The notes under the pieces: model-generated
What the model was told of the DNA's origin: nothing
Databases searched by the model: none
Seen by the model: only the letters and a program-made list of their open reading frames with translations
Shown: positions 34,558-45,648 of the stretch, in pieces
How the letters are laid out: every line of letters starts with the position of its first letter
Position numbering within the stretch: the first letter of the stretch is position 1
Source of the DNA: Salisapilia sapeloensis CBS 127946
Taxonomy: Eukaryota > Protista > Oomycota
Assembly (NCBI GenBank): GCA_023334545.1
Contig: JAADVB010000075.1
Span: forward strand, 1-64,000
DNA length: 64,000 nt
Reading direction: 5' to 3'
Program-made: the position numbers and the translations under genes

Positions 34558-36876
34558 ATGGATCGAAAGCGTCGACGTAGCTCATCGCCAGAGCCCAAGT
34601 TCTCCAGCAAGGAAGAAGAGGAGGAAGCAAAGCGTGTGGCAGAGATTGCTCGCAAAGCAGAGGAACGAGCTGCCAAGAGACAGCAGACGCAAAAGCCTCG
34701 TGCGAATGGCGATCCCTCCTCTAGCTCCACGGGCGTCACCTTTCGCTCCAAGGAACAGCGAAAGAAGGATGCAATGGAGCGTCTGCGTCAGCGTCAGGAA
34801 GAAGCCGATCGCCGTCGTCGAGAGGCCGAGGAGAGTCGTCGCAAGTTCCTCGAATCTACGTCCTCTCACCCCAGTCGCCGTGATCGGTCTTCCGACCGTC
34901 ACTCAACCACCAAGAAGCCTTCCAGCACACGAGACGAAGCTTCTTCTGCATCCAATCGAGATGAAAAGGAAGAAGAGGCTTTGCAGCAGCTAAAGGACCA
35001 GTACTTGGGTAAGAAGGTGCAGAAGAAGAAGGTCGTGAAAGCGAGTGAAAAGTTCTCCAAAGTCTTTCAATTCGATTGGGATGCAAGTGAAGACACATCC
35101 TCCGACCTGAATCCACTATATAACCAACGTCTAGACGTCAACCTGCTCTTCGGTCGAGGCTATCGTGCCGGCGTCGACTTGCGAGAGCAGCGGAAGAAGA
35201 ACAACTTTTTAACAGAGCTCAGTCGAAAGCGACAGACGGAAGAGCAGCTAGAAGATGAACGTAACCAGAGTCTCTCGAAAGATGAGGTCGCTGCTCGGAG
35301 GAGAGAGCGAGAGAAGGCGCTGGAGAGCATGCAGGCGAGGGAACAGGAGACGATGGAGGCGATGGAGACCAAGGAAGCGCAGGCCTATGGCTCCCACTGG
35401 TCCGACAAGACGCTCGACCAGATGAAAGAGCGCGACTGGCGCATCTTCCGAGAAGACTACGACATCACCATCAAGGGAGGCAAGGCGCCGCATCCGCTGC
35501 GCAACTGGAAGGAAGCGTCGAGCCTCCCGACTGCAGTCTTCCAAGCCATCGAAGCACTCGGCTTTGAGAAGCCATCGCCCATCCAGATGCAGGCAATCCC
35601 CATCGGCCTCGAGCGTCGAGATATCATCGGTATCGCCGAAACCGGGTCTGGTAAGACGCTGGCGTTCATGGTGCCGATCATCGCCTACCTCTACGGCCTC
35701 CCTCCGACCATGATCAGTCGGACGGGGGAGCAAGGTCCCTTGGCGCTCGTGATGGCTCCCACGAGAGAGCTCGCTCTCCAGATCGAGCAGGAAGCTCTCA
35801 AGCTCACAAAGTTCACGACCGTCGGTCCGAAGCAGCAGGAGCATGCCGTCAAGACGGTGGCGGTCGTGGGTGGACAGAGCATCGAGGACCAGGCGTTCAA
35901 GCTCCGACAGGGCATTGACGTTGTGATCGGAACGCCGGGGCGACTGATGGATGCGCTGGACAACCACTACCTCGTCTTGAATCAATGCAACTACGTGGTG
36001 CTAGATGAAGCCGATCGGATGATCGACATGGGCTTCGAGCCGCAGGTGGAGCGCGTCTTGGATGCCATGGGCTCTCTCCTCAAGTCGGAAGCAGAGGACG
36101 AAATGGAGAGACAGATCTCTCTCGCAGCTCGAGGCCAGGACACGAGGTACCGCGTGACAGCCATGTTCAGTGCGACGATGCCGCCAGAGGTCGAGCGTCT
36201 CGCGAAGAACTACCTGCGTCTCCCAGCCATCGTCAAGATCGGAGACGAGGACTCTGGTAAGAACAAGCGCATCAACCAGCGCGTTCTATTCATGAACCCA
36301 GGCAAGAAGCGTGACCGACTCATCGAAGTGCTCGGTCAAGTTCTCAAGCACAAGCCTCGGTCGAGAAAGGAGAAGGCGACGGATAGTGAAAAGGTCATCG
36401 TCTTCGTCAACGTCAAGAAGGAGTGTGACTCGATCTCGAAACTCGTGTCGTCCTCGGGGTTCCGAGCGACTACGCTGCATGGAGGCAAGTCACAGGACCA
36501 GCGAGAGGAGAGTCTCAAGGACTTTCGACAAGGTTTCTGCGACGTCCTCGTCGCGACGGATGTTGCTGGTCGTGGTCTAGACATCCCAGACGTCACGCAC
36601 GTCGTCAACTACGACCTGCCGTCCAAGATTGAGAACTACAGCCATCGCATCGGACGTACAGGACGTGCCGGGAAGGAAGGAGAAGCCATCTCGTTCCTGA
36701 CAGATGACGACGAAGAGATCATGTACGACTTGAAGCAGTACCTGACCTCGACCGACATGCCTGTGCCGACAGAACTGCAGAGCCACCCGTCTGCCAAGGC
36801 TGCGCCAGGAGCTCGAGACGACCGAGGGCACGTGATCGCCAAGAGCAAGCGCGATACGGTCATCTTTAGCAAATAA
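34558..36876 (+). CDS. DDX23: Spliceosomal DEAD-box helicase Prp28/DDX23
   Basis: Q motif PSPIQMQAIP, AETGSGKT, PTRELA, DEAD, SAT and HRIGRTGRAG, plus the Prp28-specific WSDKTLDQMKERDWRIFREDY. Confidence 0.97.
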   Translation: MDRKRRRSSSPEPKFSSKEEEEEAKRVAEIARKAEERAAKRQQTQKPRANGDPSSSSTGVTFRSKEQRKKDAMERLRQRQEEADRRRREAEESRRKFLESTSSHPSRRDRSSDRHSTTKKPSSTRDEASSASNRDEKEEEALQQLKDQYLGKKVQKKKVVKASEKFSKVFQFDWDASEDTSSDLNPLYNQRLDVNLLFGRGYRAGVDLREQRKKNNFLTELSRKRQTEEQLEDERNQSLSKDEVAARRREREKALESMQAREQETMEAMETKEAQAYGSHWSDKTLDQMKERDWRIFREDYDITIKGGKAPHPLRNWKEASSLPTAVFQAIEALGFEKPSPIQMQAIPIGLERRDIIGIAETGSGKTLAFMVPIIAYLYGLPPTMISRTGEQGPLALVMAPTRELALQIEQEALKLTKFTTVGPKQQEHAVKTVAVVGGQSIEDQAFKLRQGIDVVIGTPGRLMDALDNHYLVLNQCNYVVLDEADRMIDMGFEPQVERVLDAMGSLLKSEAEDEMERQISLAARGQDTRYRVTAMFSATMPPEVERLAKNYLRLPAIVKIGDEDSGKNKRINQRVLFMNPGKKRDRLIEVLGQVLKHKPRSRKEKATDSEKVIVFVNVKKECDSISKLVSSSGFRATTLHGGKSQDQREESLKDFRQGFCDVLVATDVAGRGLDIPDVTHVVNYDLPSKIENYSHRIGRTGRAGKEGEAISFLTDDDEEIMYDLKQYLTSTDMPVPTELQSHPSAKAAPGARDDRGHVIAKSKRDTVIFSK

Positions 36877-36919
36877 AATTCAAAAAGGACACCCCGACTC
36901 GTATTTATCTCGTTACGCT

Positions 36920-37909
36920 TTAGCTGATTTCTATCGACACGCCCAAGTGGTGCGAGTCGCTGTCGTAGTGACGTATGTCCATCTGAGCCTGCACACGCGT
37001 ACGCAGGTGGCTCGATGTCTGCCACTCGTACGCGCCGATCCAGTATCCATCGGATCCCAAAGAAGTTGATAAGCGTTCTCGATCCGTCACGTCGTACTGG
37101 ACCTTGGCACGAAGCGTCTGCGTCTCTTTTCGTCTGTCCATGACCAGCTGAGAGCCTACCAAGAGCTCTGGGCGCAAGCACTGCGTCACGTCCAGCTGCA
37201 CTAGCTTCATCTTGTCATTCCTAACGAACCATTAGTCTATGTCGTTAGGTAGAGGAGGATGGAGCATACACTTGGAACAGGGCGAGAACATCTTCGTGGA
37301 CGACGCTCGCAGCCATATCCAGCACCGTCACCCGTCCCAAGCGATCGCTATGGTCCAAACCTACGTCATATGCAGCAATGGCACCGACAGACACAGCCTA
37401 CGCTCACGTCAGTACTCTTACATGAACAATAAAATCGGTATGCTTACGCCGAGGTGGACGCCAGCAGTAGCTTCGAGCGTCGGACCGTTGACTGCGTCCA
37501 TCTTGACACCGACGAATCCGTTCTCGTCGCTATAGTCGCATCCGAGACGAGCGTAGGAAGCAGAGGACATGGTCGCAGAAGCGTTTTCTCGAGCTTCCAA
37601 CGTCACGCGCGTCGTGTCCGTCGCACGCAGTCGAGCCTGGAGCTCCATCGCACGATCCGAGTTCAGGCGTATGTGGGACTTGACAATATCGTTGATCTGG
37701 GGCGAGTAGTGCAACGCAGACTGGACGTTCCGCTTCGCGACGGTGCGTAGGAATGGAGAGACGACGGTCGTGCGCAGACCGATGCGAGCTCCATTGCCCG
37801 TGATCGTCGATAGGCCGACAAAGTGCTCCGACTTGCCTGTGGGCGTCAATGGCTCCTGCAGCCACGTCCGGTGGTCTATGAACTCTCGATAGCGACACCA
37901 GCCAGACAT
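36920..37909 (-). CDS. Divergent eukaryotic porin (VDAC-like beta-barrel), multi-exon
   Basis: Alternating beta-strand pattern. GCDYSDENGFVGVKMDAVNGPTL and the C-terminal AKVQYDVTDRERLSTSLGSDG...HHLGVSIEIS resemble the VDAC strands and beta-signal. Confidence 0.6.
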
Positions 37910-38760
37910 CGCCCTGAGCTCCTCTTACGTCGACTTGCTGATCTCGACTCGAGGTCGCACGTACCGGCTGACGCGTTCGGTTGTTGCGATTGTAAGCAAC
38001 AGCGTTCGAAACACAGTCCGGAGGCTCTGGAAACCGGAGGGAAATGGACTTCTTTCTATATGTCTATAGGCTGTCTAGATGGTTCTGGCATGTCCTAGAA
38101 CTTGTACTTGTTGGAGGATGTAGAGAGATGCAAATGTAGATAGTTGGCATGTACGAAGGGAGATGATGTTGTATGCAAGGTAGTCAACTGAAAAGTGTAT
38201 CCTGTGGTCGATCGAATGGAAGGTGGACGGGAGTACAGTTACTCGAGCCTCACTCCATGTCGTTTCATGCATATAGCAAGTGTGTAATACGAAAGAGCAG
38301 TAGGATAGAGACTTCCAAGTGACTGTCTCTCCGTTCTGGATCAGAGTCCAGTAGCGACGTCGTAAGCACATCCACAGAGGTTCGAATTGTAAATGCTGGC
38401 TATTATAATCCTCACAAACGCCAGAGGAGCATTTATTCTACTACTTCCGTATCCTACCAACACCCGTTCGCATCCACATTACATTCTTAATCCAATCAAC
38501 GCCAGATTACCAGTAGTACATCACCACGAACTACAAGCCAAGTCCAGTCGAGACCTCATGCACATGGAAACCTACCTCTCCCATCTCACTACACAGGAAT
38601 CTATCCTACCATCCCCACTAGCAGCAATACAAGACAAGCAGCATACAGATCTTCCGACTAGGTCGCCGACATACAGCATAAACAGGTCTCAAATGCCTTT
38701 GAAGATCTGACGCATCACGTACCCTCTATCAAGCATAATCAAATCTTCCGGCCCATCAAG

Positions 38761-39873
38761 ATGACCAGTACGCCCATCACACTCTTCGTAGGCACCTACA
38801 CGCGCAATGAAGGCTTCGTGGACGGGCAAGGCAAGGGTATCTACTCAATTACGCTGGATCCAGCCACTGGACAGCTATCGCCTCTCTCTTTGACCGACAA
38901 CATCGGCACGAACCCGTCCTTCATCACCGCCACCGCCACACACCTCTACGCAGTGAACGAGTGCGATGACCCTGCCTCGACTTCCAAGAACACCGACAAG
39001 ACTGGTTTCGCTGTCGCCTTCAAGATCCAGTCGGACGGAACGCTACAGGAGCTCAACCGACAGGAGACGGGAGGCGTCGCGCCAGCGCACATCGCTCTCA
39101 GCCCAGACCAAAAGTTCGTCTCCGTCGCCAATTACATGGGCGGAAGTGTCGCTCTCTTCCCGGTGCTAGAAGACGGGTCTCTCGGTCCCATGGCAGACCT
39201 CCAGCAGTTCTCTGGTGGATGCGGCGTCAACGCCGAGCGGCAGGAAGCTCCCCACATGCACAGCACGACCTGGGCTCCAGAATCCAACGCGCTCTTCGCC
39301 GCTGACCTTGGTAACGACCGTGTCATGCAGTTCCAATTGGATGCTGCGGCCAAAAAGCTGAGTAAGAACGCTACGACGGAGGCTGCCAACCGCCCGGCAG
39401 GATCCGGACCGAGACACATGGCTGTCCATGCCTCCATCCCTGCTGTCTACATTCTGGATGAGCTTTCCAGCACCGTCGGCGTCCACTCGTACTCTCATGG
39501 CACTGGATCCATGTCGTCGGATGCTCTTCAGACGCTGTCGACGCTGCCGTCGGACTTTCAGGGCTCGGCGCTTGCGGCCGACATCCACATCTCGACCTGC
39601 GGCAAGTTCCTGTACACGTCCAATCGGTTCCACGACAGCATCGCGTGCTTCAAGATCCAGAGCACAGGAGAGCTGGAGCTCATGGACATCGAGTCGACGC
39701 GTGGGAAAACGCCTCGGAACTTTTTGATCTACCAGAACCTGATGCTCGTCGCGAACCAAGACTCGAGCGATATCCAGGTCTTCCGCATCGATTCCGACAC
39801 AGGAAAGCTGACGTTCACCGGCCATTCGCTCCAGACCCCGACGCCAGTGTGCATCGTCCCGATCCAGCAGTAG
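38761..39873 (+). CDS. pgl: 6-phosphogluconolactonase, Pgl/YbhE-type seven-bladed propeller lactonase, intronless
   Basis: LFVGTYT, NPSF, VANYMGGSV, PHMH, DLGNDRV, GSGPRH, SNRFHDSIA, GKTPRNF and VANQDS motifs. Confidence 0.88.
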   Translation: MTSTPITLFVGTYTRNEGFVDGQGKGIYSITLDPATGQLSPLSLTDNIGTNPSFITATATHLYAVNECDDPASTSKNTDKTGFAVAFKIQSDGTLQELNRQETGGVAPAHIALSPDQKFVSVANYMGGSVALFPVLEDGSLGPMADLQQFSGGCGVNAERQEAPHMHSTTWAPESNALFAADLGNDRVMQFQLDAAAKKLSKNATTEAANRPAGSGPRHMAVHASIPAVYILDELSSTVGVHSYSHGTGSMSSDALQTLSTLPSDFQGSALAADIHISTCGKFLYTSNRFHDSIACFKIQSTGELELMDIESTRGKTPRNFLIYQNLMLVANQDSSDIQVFRIDSDTGKLTFTGHSLQTPTPVCIVPIQQ

Positions 39874-40018
39874 CGTCTTCCTTTCCTTTTCTCCTAGTTT
39901 CGCATGAAATTCCGTAGCTAGCTCATGAAAATGCATTCGCATGGTTTCATATCCGATGTGTCTTTGTTCTATTCATAGTCTCTCGGTCTGCTAGCGCGCT
40001 AGAGTACTTGATAGAGTG

Positions 40019-41314
40019 ATGGGTACGGAGGTGTGGTCGCTGGAGACGAATGAAGACAAGTTGAATGCTTTGGGAGACACGAAGTCTCTCCTCGGAGCCT
40101 ACATTCCGTCCGGTACCTTCCATAAAGATGTAGAGGAGTTTTGCAAGGCAGCAGACATCACTCCACATCCGCAGCTACTCTTGTCCAGACAGGAACGAGG
40201 TAGAGGTGATACAGAAGACGTTCCAGGAGATGAAGATGGATGTCCAGATGAGATTCAAGTGCGAAACTGGCGCATGGACGCTGGAAACGTATCTGCACTG
40301 TGCTTTGGACTGAAGCATTGTCCTGCCATCCGATCTATCCGGTTGGTCTGTCACTAGCCAAGACCATTCACATACTAGAGCATTGACCTCTCTGCCTTGT
40401 AGGATGTTTAACGCTCAACTTACTATGGACCAACTGACGCAGTTGGTCCAAGTGGTGACCCAGACCAAGGTCCAGGAGCTGTTCGTAGACTGGAACGGTA
40501 TGCAGAGTACGGACGCAGATAAAGAGAATGGTAGCTCGCCTGAAAATCATGTCGGCGCACTGTTCGAGCAGTGCTTGACGAGCGCACCTCACCTGCGCTT
40601 GCTTTCACTCCGAGGAAATGGCATCGACTCCACTGGGGCACTCGCCATTGCACGAGCATTGAGGTCTGGAAACTGTCATCTGGAGGCTTTGAACCTCTTC
40701 CAGAACGACATGGACGATGTTGGAGCAAAGGCATTCGCACAGTCACTCCCGTTCTCGCCAAATATCCGATTCCTGTCGCTCGCAAACAACCGTGTGTCCG
40801 ACGTCGGGTACTTAACTGCCAACTACCATGTACATATCTCTCGATCTAAAGTGTCTGATGTAGACTTCACGCTCTAGTTGGAGGGATCACGAGGCAGGAA
40901 GCAACGCCCGTGATCCTGCAAGAGTTTCAGAATGCAGAGCCTCGCATACAGGCAGAAGTACGCAGGCAGCTTTTTCATACAGATCATGAGCAAATACTAA
41001 TAGTTGAACGTTTTGGGTAGCTGGACCAGGCCAAAAAGGCAAAGAAGAAGATTGATCGAGCAACGGCGATGAAGAACATTGGCTTGCCAGATATGGAAGT
41101 GGTCGAAGAGCAGCAGTACGTCAGTGGAAATGAATCGCTCCAGCACTTGGTCTTGAGCGGAAACTCTTGTATCACGCCACAAGCCATCCACGAGGCAAGT
41201 GCTACGTTGGACGCGTATCGACCGAAACTGGACGCCCACCTCTGTCAGATCAAACTCGAGCGCTTGGATATACAAAAGGAGAACGAATCATTTTCCACGT
41301 TTCTCACATTCTAA
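40019..41314 (+). CDS. Leucine-rich-repeat protein (RI-like LRRs, LRRC71-like), multi-exon
   Basis: LRLLSLRGNGIDSTGALAIARAL, LEALNLFQNDMDDVGAKAFAQSL, IRFLSLANNRVSDVG and LQHLVLSGN. Confidence 0.7.
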
Positions 41315-41338
41315 ATGAATTGAATGACGACGCTGTCT

Positions 41339-42049
41339 CTACTCTCTTCCTTCCTTTCGTACAGGCTGGTAGTTGCGTTGGAGCTGCTGGAGGATCTTCA
41401 TCAGTGGTGAGAAAACGTACCAAGAGACTAGCACTAGCAGAACGACGATCCACACGATAAGAGGGACAGTCGAGATGGGAAACGCACCAAGAATCATTCG
41501 CTCGACTGCAATGTCAAAGGTGCAAATGCGGCCTCTAGTCCTATCTTTTCTAGCCGAGGGGGGCTCGACACCTCGAGGCTGGACATCTACCGAGAACTCT
41601 ACTTGTAGATAGACACCTTGACTAGTATTCAATCCAGCATTCTCTATCTCTTGCTGCAACCCAAGACGGAATGTGCTTTCGCCATCACTCGTCCCGTTCC
41701 TGAGCTCTACCCACTCTTGCGGATGCAGTCGCAGCTTGGTCGTGTCCAGTCGTCGTAGCTCATCCTTCCCACCTTTATTTCGGAGCTGCTGTCGAGACGC
41801 AATGCGTACGTCTTCGACGCGTATCTCAAATGCAGCAGGGTTAGACGCTGGATGAGAGATCTTGACATCGTACAGACTAGACGTGTGCAGGTCATCCACG
41901 ACAAACCTGTGGAGCGAACCGCACGGCACGTGGTTATTCAACAAGGGCGTTTCTAGCTGGAGGTAGGTTGCATTCTCCTGGAGACTCTGAGCAGTTACTA
42001 GAGCCAAGGTCGTCCAGCAGACCAAGGTCGCTTGGTACATGCGTGTCAT
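41339..42049 (-). CDS. Hypothetical protein with signal peptide and C-terminal TM helix
   Basis: MTRMYQATLVCWTTLALVTAQ signal, luminal domain (YDVKISHPASNPAAF) and TM LIVWIVVLLVLVSWYVF. Confidence 0.7.
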   Translation of the reverse strand: MTRMYQATLVCWTTLALVTAQSLQENATYLQLETPLLNNHVPCGSLHRFVVDDLHTSSLYDVKISHPASNPAAFEIRVEDVRIASRQQLRNKGGKDELRRLDTTKLRLHPQEWVELRNGTSDGESTFRLGLQQEIENAGLNTSQGVYLQVEFSVDVQPRGVEPPSARKDRTRGRICTFDIAVERMILGAFPISTVPLIVWIVVLLVLVSWYVFSPLMKILQQLQRNYQPVRKEGRE

Positions 42050-42120
42050 GCTGTTCCTGTGCATCCGTCCTGCTAAGTACGAGTGTAGCCATTAGGGAGG
42101 AGATAGGTACACGCGTGGTC

Positions 42121-44267
42121 ATGGAGACTCGATGCATCTGCCCCACCTGCGCTAAACCTTCCGACAATGACCTGTGTGTCGACTGTCAGACGCCAGTACG
42201 GCCGCCAACCGTGTTTGACTGCGCTCGACTCGGCTGGGTCACGACGTTCCAGCAGCTAGTCGACGAACAGGTACCGTCCTGAGCTTTTCTTCGGCTATCT
42301 ACTGCAGACACTTATTTAAGGCATAGGGCACTGCGTTTGATGTGAATGCAAGAGAGGGGGAGGCACAAGCCACTGTGCTCCACTACGCAGCTAGTAGCAG
42401 AAGAATAGGCATATATAAGTAGGTAGGTACGAGTATCATGTACGTCTCTGCTTCTCACATGTCCTGTAGGTACATTTTCACCCACGAAAGTCTCAAGGAC
42501 CAGGTGCAGGTGGACGCTAGAGCAGGAAAAGACCAGACGACGCCATTGCATTGGGCAGTGCGATACAACTACATCTACGGCGTCGAGATCTTGTACCAGC
42601 ATGGAGCTGACATCCATCGTCGAGACGCAAGCAGACTCACGCCATTCCTCACCTCCATACGTGTACGTCTAATAGCTAGATTCAATGGCAGGAGTAGAGC
42701 CTCATCTTCGAACAGGACGGCTTTCCTCTCATTGCTGCCTACTTGATCGCCAAAGGCGCAGACGTCGACACTAGAGTCGATGGTACCCTTCATCAGCCAT
42801 ACCGACGCCTACTAGTCCTTATACAATGACCACTTGCTGTAGACACCTACATGCAAACGGCACTCATCCTACTATGCACGCCCAAGTCTTTTCACCTCGA
42901 CACCTTCCGCATGCTCCTGAGTCTGCGCATCGACAAAGACGCACAGGACAGTCTTGGAAACACAGGTACCTTCGACACTCCTCTCTACTTTACGACGCTC
43001 ATGTCTAGTCGGTGTTCATAGCTCTGCACTACGCCGCCGCCAATAACCTAGGTCCGGCAGTACGCATCCTTCTCGACAGACAAGCGTCCACGACACTGCG
43101 CAACAAGGATGGGAAAACCGCATTAGACCTGGCAGTCGTCAAACTACCTCCAAAGGCAGCAACCTTACGACTGCTGGGAGACGACAAGCGCCTACGAGTC
43201 GCAGCCTCCACACTCGGACTCTCCGTACGTCCACTCCCTCCATGTCCATCATTTCATTTGAATCTAATCGCTCCCAACAGAAGTCTACGCTGGACCAGTA
43301 CCTCTACAAGACCTCCTTCTTCATCCCGTGGCTTTTGCTTCCTCTCTTCTACGTCGTCCTCTCCGTCTTCAACGGATACAATGTCCTATTAGCTGAACTC
43401 CTTCTCCTATGCACTGCCGCCGGACTCCTCTGGATCTTCCAGACCGGAGCCTACGGAGACAGTCGGAAGGCTGCTGCACTCATGTTCGGAGTCAACGTAG
43501 CCTCCATCTTCTGGCTCTTGGTCTCCTACCCTACCTTTGCCATCGCTGCCAATGTCTCTCTCGGATTCCACATAGCCTTAGCTCTGTCCTCCATCGCCAT
43601 GGTCTTTTTCCTCTACAAGTCCATTGTAGTCGACTCTGGCACCGTCCGCACGACGTACGAGGAGAAACTTGGAAACATCGAGACGCTCGTCGAGTCCAAA
43701 CGACCGGTGGAAACCAAACTCTGTCTCTCCTGTCTGCATCAACGACCTCTACGTGCCAAGCACTGTGCTGAACTAGACGCATGCATCTCTCGCTTCGACC
43801 ACTACTGTCCCTTTGTCGCCAACGCCGTCGGACTGGATAACCATCGATACTTTTTCGGCTTCCTCTTCTTCGCTGTCACCAGCATATCGCTTGAGACACT
43901 CGTGTGCTGGTGGTACGCCACGCAGAATAATCTCTTTTCGTCGTCAGAAGGCATGTGGCATACGATCTGGAGCCTCGTGCACTACGAACCGCTCCTTTCG
44001 TGTGTCATGACGCTCGACATCCTTCACCTGTGTTGGATCGAATACCTCCTCCTGTTCAACGTCTACCTCCTAGTCGCAGACCTGACAACGAATGAAGTAG
44101 TGAAGAATGAAAACAAGGACAGAGTTTACTCGCAAGGCATCCTTCAGAACGCCATCAACTTTTTCCGACTCAAGAACGCTCAGCAGGTCGACTGGAAGAA
44201 ACTGCATCGGCTAGAAGAGTTCTCTGCTTCCATTGATAAGCACAACAACAAAGATAAACACTTGTGA
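42121..44267 (+). CDS. AKR1: Ankyrin-repeat palmitoyltransferase (Akr1/ZDHHC17-like, DHYC variant), multi-exon
   Basis: Ankyrin exons (TTPLHWAVRYN, ALHYAAANN), TM helices and the Cys-rich domain CLSCLHQRPLRAKHCAELDACISRFDHYCPFVANAVG. Confidence 0.9.
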
Positions 44268-44291
44268 TCCCACATGCGTGTCTCTATTCCT

Positions 44292-45542
44292 CTACATGAC
44301 GCGCTCCAAACATCGCAGTCGAGCGCTTCTAGACCGAGGGTTCGCCTCCATCTCCTCCTTGCTCGCTTTCATAGCCTTCCGCTTCACCAACCGATACACC
44401 TCCCCTCCGTCCAAGTCCTCTCCGCCACTATCATCGTCCAACTCTTCATCGCTGTCTTCCTCGTCACTGTCCTCGCTTTCCTTTCCTTCCTCATCCTACA
44501 GAGCACAATATCAGCAAAACAATTACTTCTGCCAAGCAGCATGATAAGCATACGAGAGCTCGAAAGAGTTCCTTGATGGGCCGATCCTCGAGCGAGTGGA
44601 AAGCAATCGTACACAAGCGCCCTCCAGGTGCGAGATGATGGACGAGCGAATCGACACCGTCCTGCACGTGCTGCAGCTCTTCATTCACGTAAATCCGGAG
44701 CGCCTGGAAACACTTGGTGGCCGGATGCGTCTTGCTCTTCCGCGCCTTGATCCGCTTGGACCGGAACGCTGTGCGTTCAATGCAAGTGCGGAGGTCCGTC
44801 GTGGTTACGAATGGTCCTTTGCCACGACTCCGCTCTTGCACAATGGCTCGGGCGTACTCTTTCGCTGCCTGCTCTTCTCCAAACTCTCGAAAGATCTACA
44901 ATCCCTCGTCTTACTCGCTGCATATCACATAGGTAGAAGGTCATGTACCTTGGTAAGCTGGACTTCTGATAGCGTATTAACGGCGTCGGCTGCTGTCATC
45001 TTGTCCGATCGCTGGTCGAATCGCATATCGAGCGGTCCATCGCGCAAAAAGCTAAACCCTCGGCTCGGTTCATCCAAGTGGAAGCTATTGGCGCCCAAGT
45101 CCACGAGGATGCCATCGACTTCCAATGGAAAGTCGTGCTGCTCAATATGGTCCGCCAGGTCCGCGTAGGAGCCGAGCGCAAAGCGCACACGGGGCGCATA
45201 CGGTTTCAGATTCTCTTGTGCAATGGCCAGTACCTATCAATACCCAGGTCACGTGACGTCTTTGCCCTAGATAAATACACGGAAAGCCACCTCTGGGTCT
45301 CGGTCGATGCAGAGCAGTTGGGCGTCCTGGTGCTTGTCTAAGAGCGCTTTGCTGTGTCCTCCAAACCCGACGGTGCCGTCGACGTAGTGCGTCCCGTGGT
45401 CTTTCGCCCAGAGCCCCACCACCTGTTCGCACAGCACAGGCACATGCACTGGCACATCGGCACTAGCGTCGGACGTGAAGCACCGTCTAGACGACTGCAA
45501 GTGGCGTAGCAAGGTAGATCGGAAGTAGGTGGGTGTTCTCAT
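44292..45542 (-). CDS. METTL15: Mitochondrial rRNA m4C methyltransferase RsmH/MraW/METTL15, multi-exon
   Basis: HVPVL, YVDGTVGFGGHS, IDRDPE, DLGANSFHLD..RGFSF..DGPLDMRFD, FQALRIYVNEEL, IAFHSLEDR and NPRSRSARLR. Confidence 0.95.
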
Positions 45543-45648
45543 GAAAGTAGAATGAAAAGAATGACTGGATGCAAGTAAAAGCCCTCGAGAGCATGGTCAC
45601 GTGTGCCAAAACTGTCGCTCTAGTTGAATTCGTTAGGTGTCTTCCTAT

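Noticed and set aside
37910-38760. ORFs 38075-38371(-) and 38393-38710(+) in the gap before pgl
   Set aside because: Low-complexity C/A-skewed sequence with no family signature, likely UTR or intergenic.
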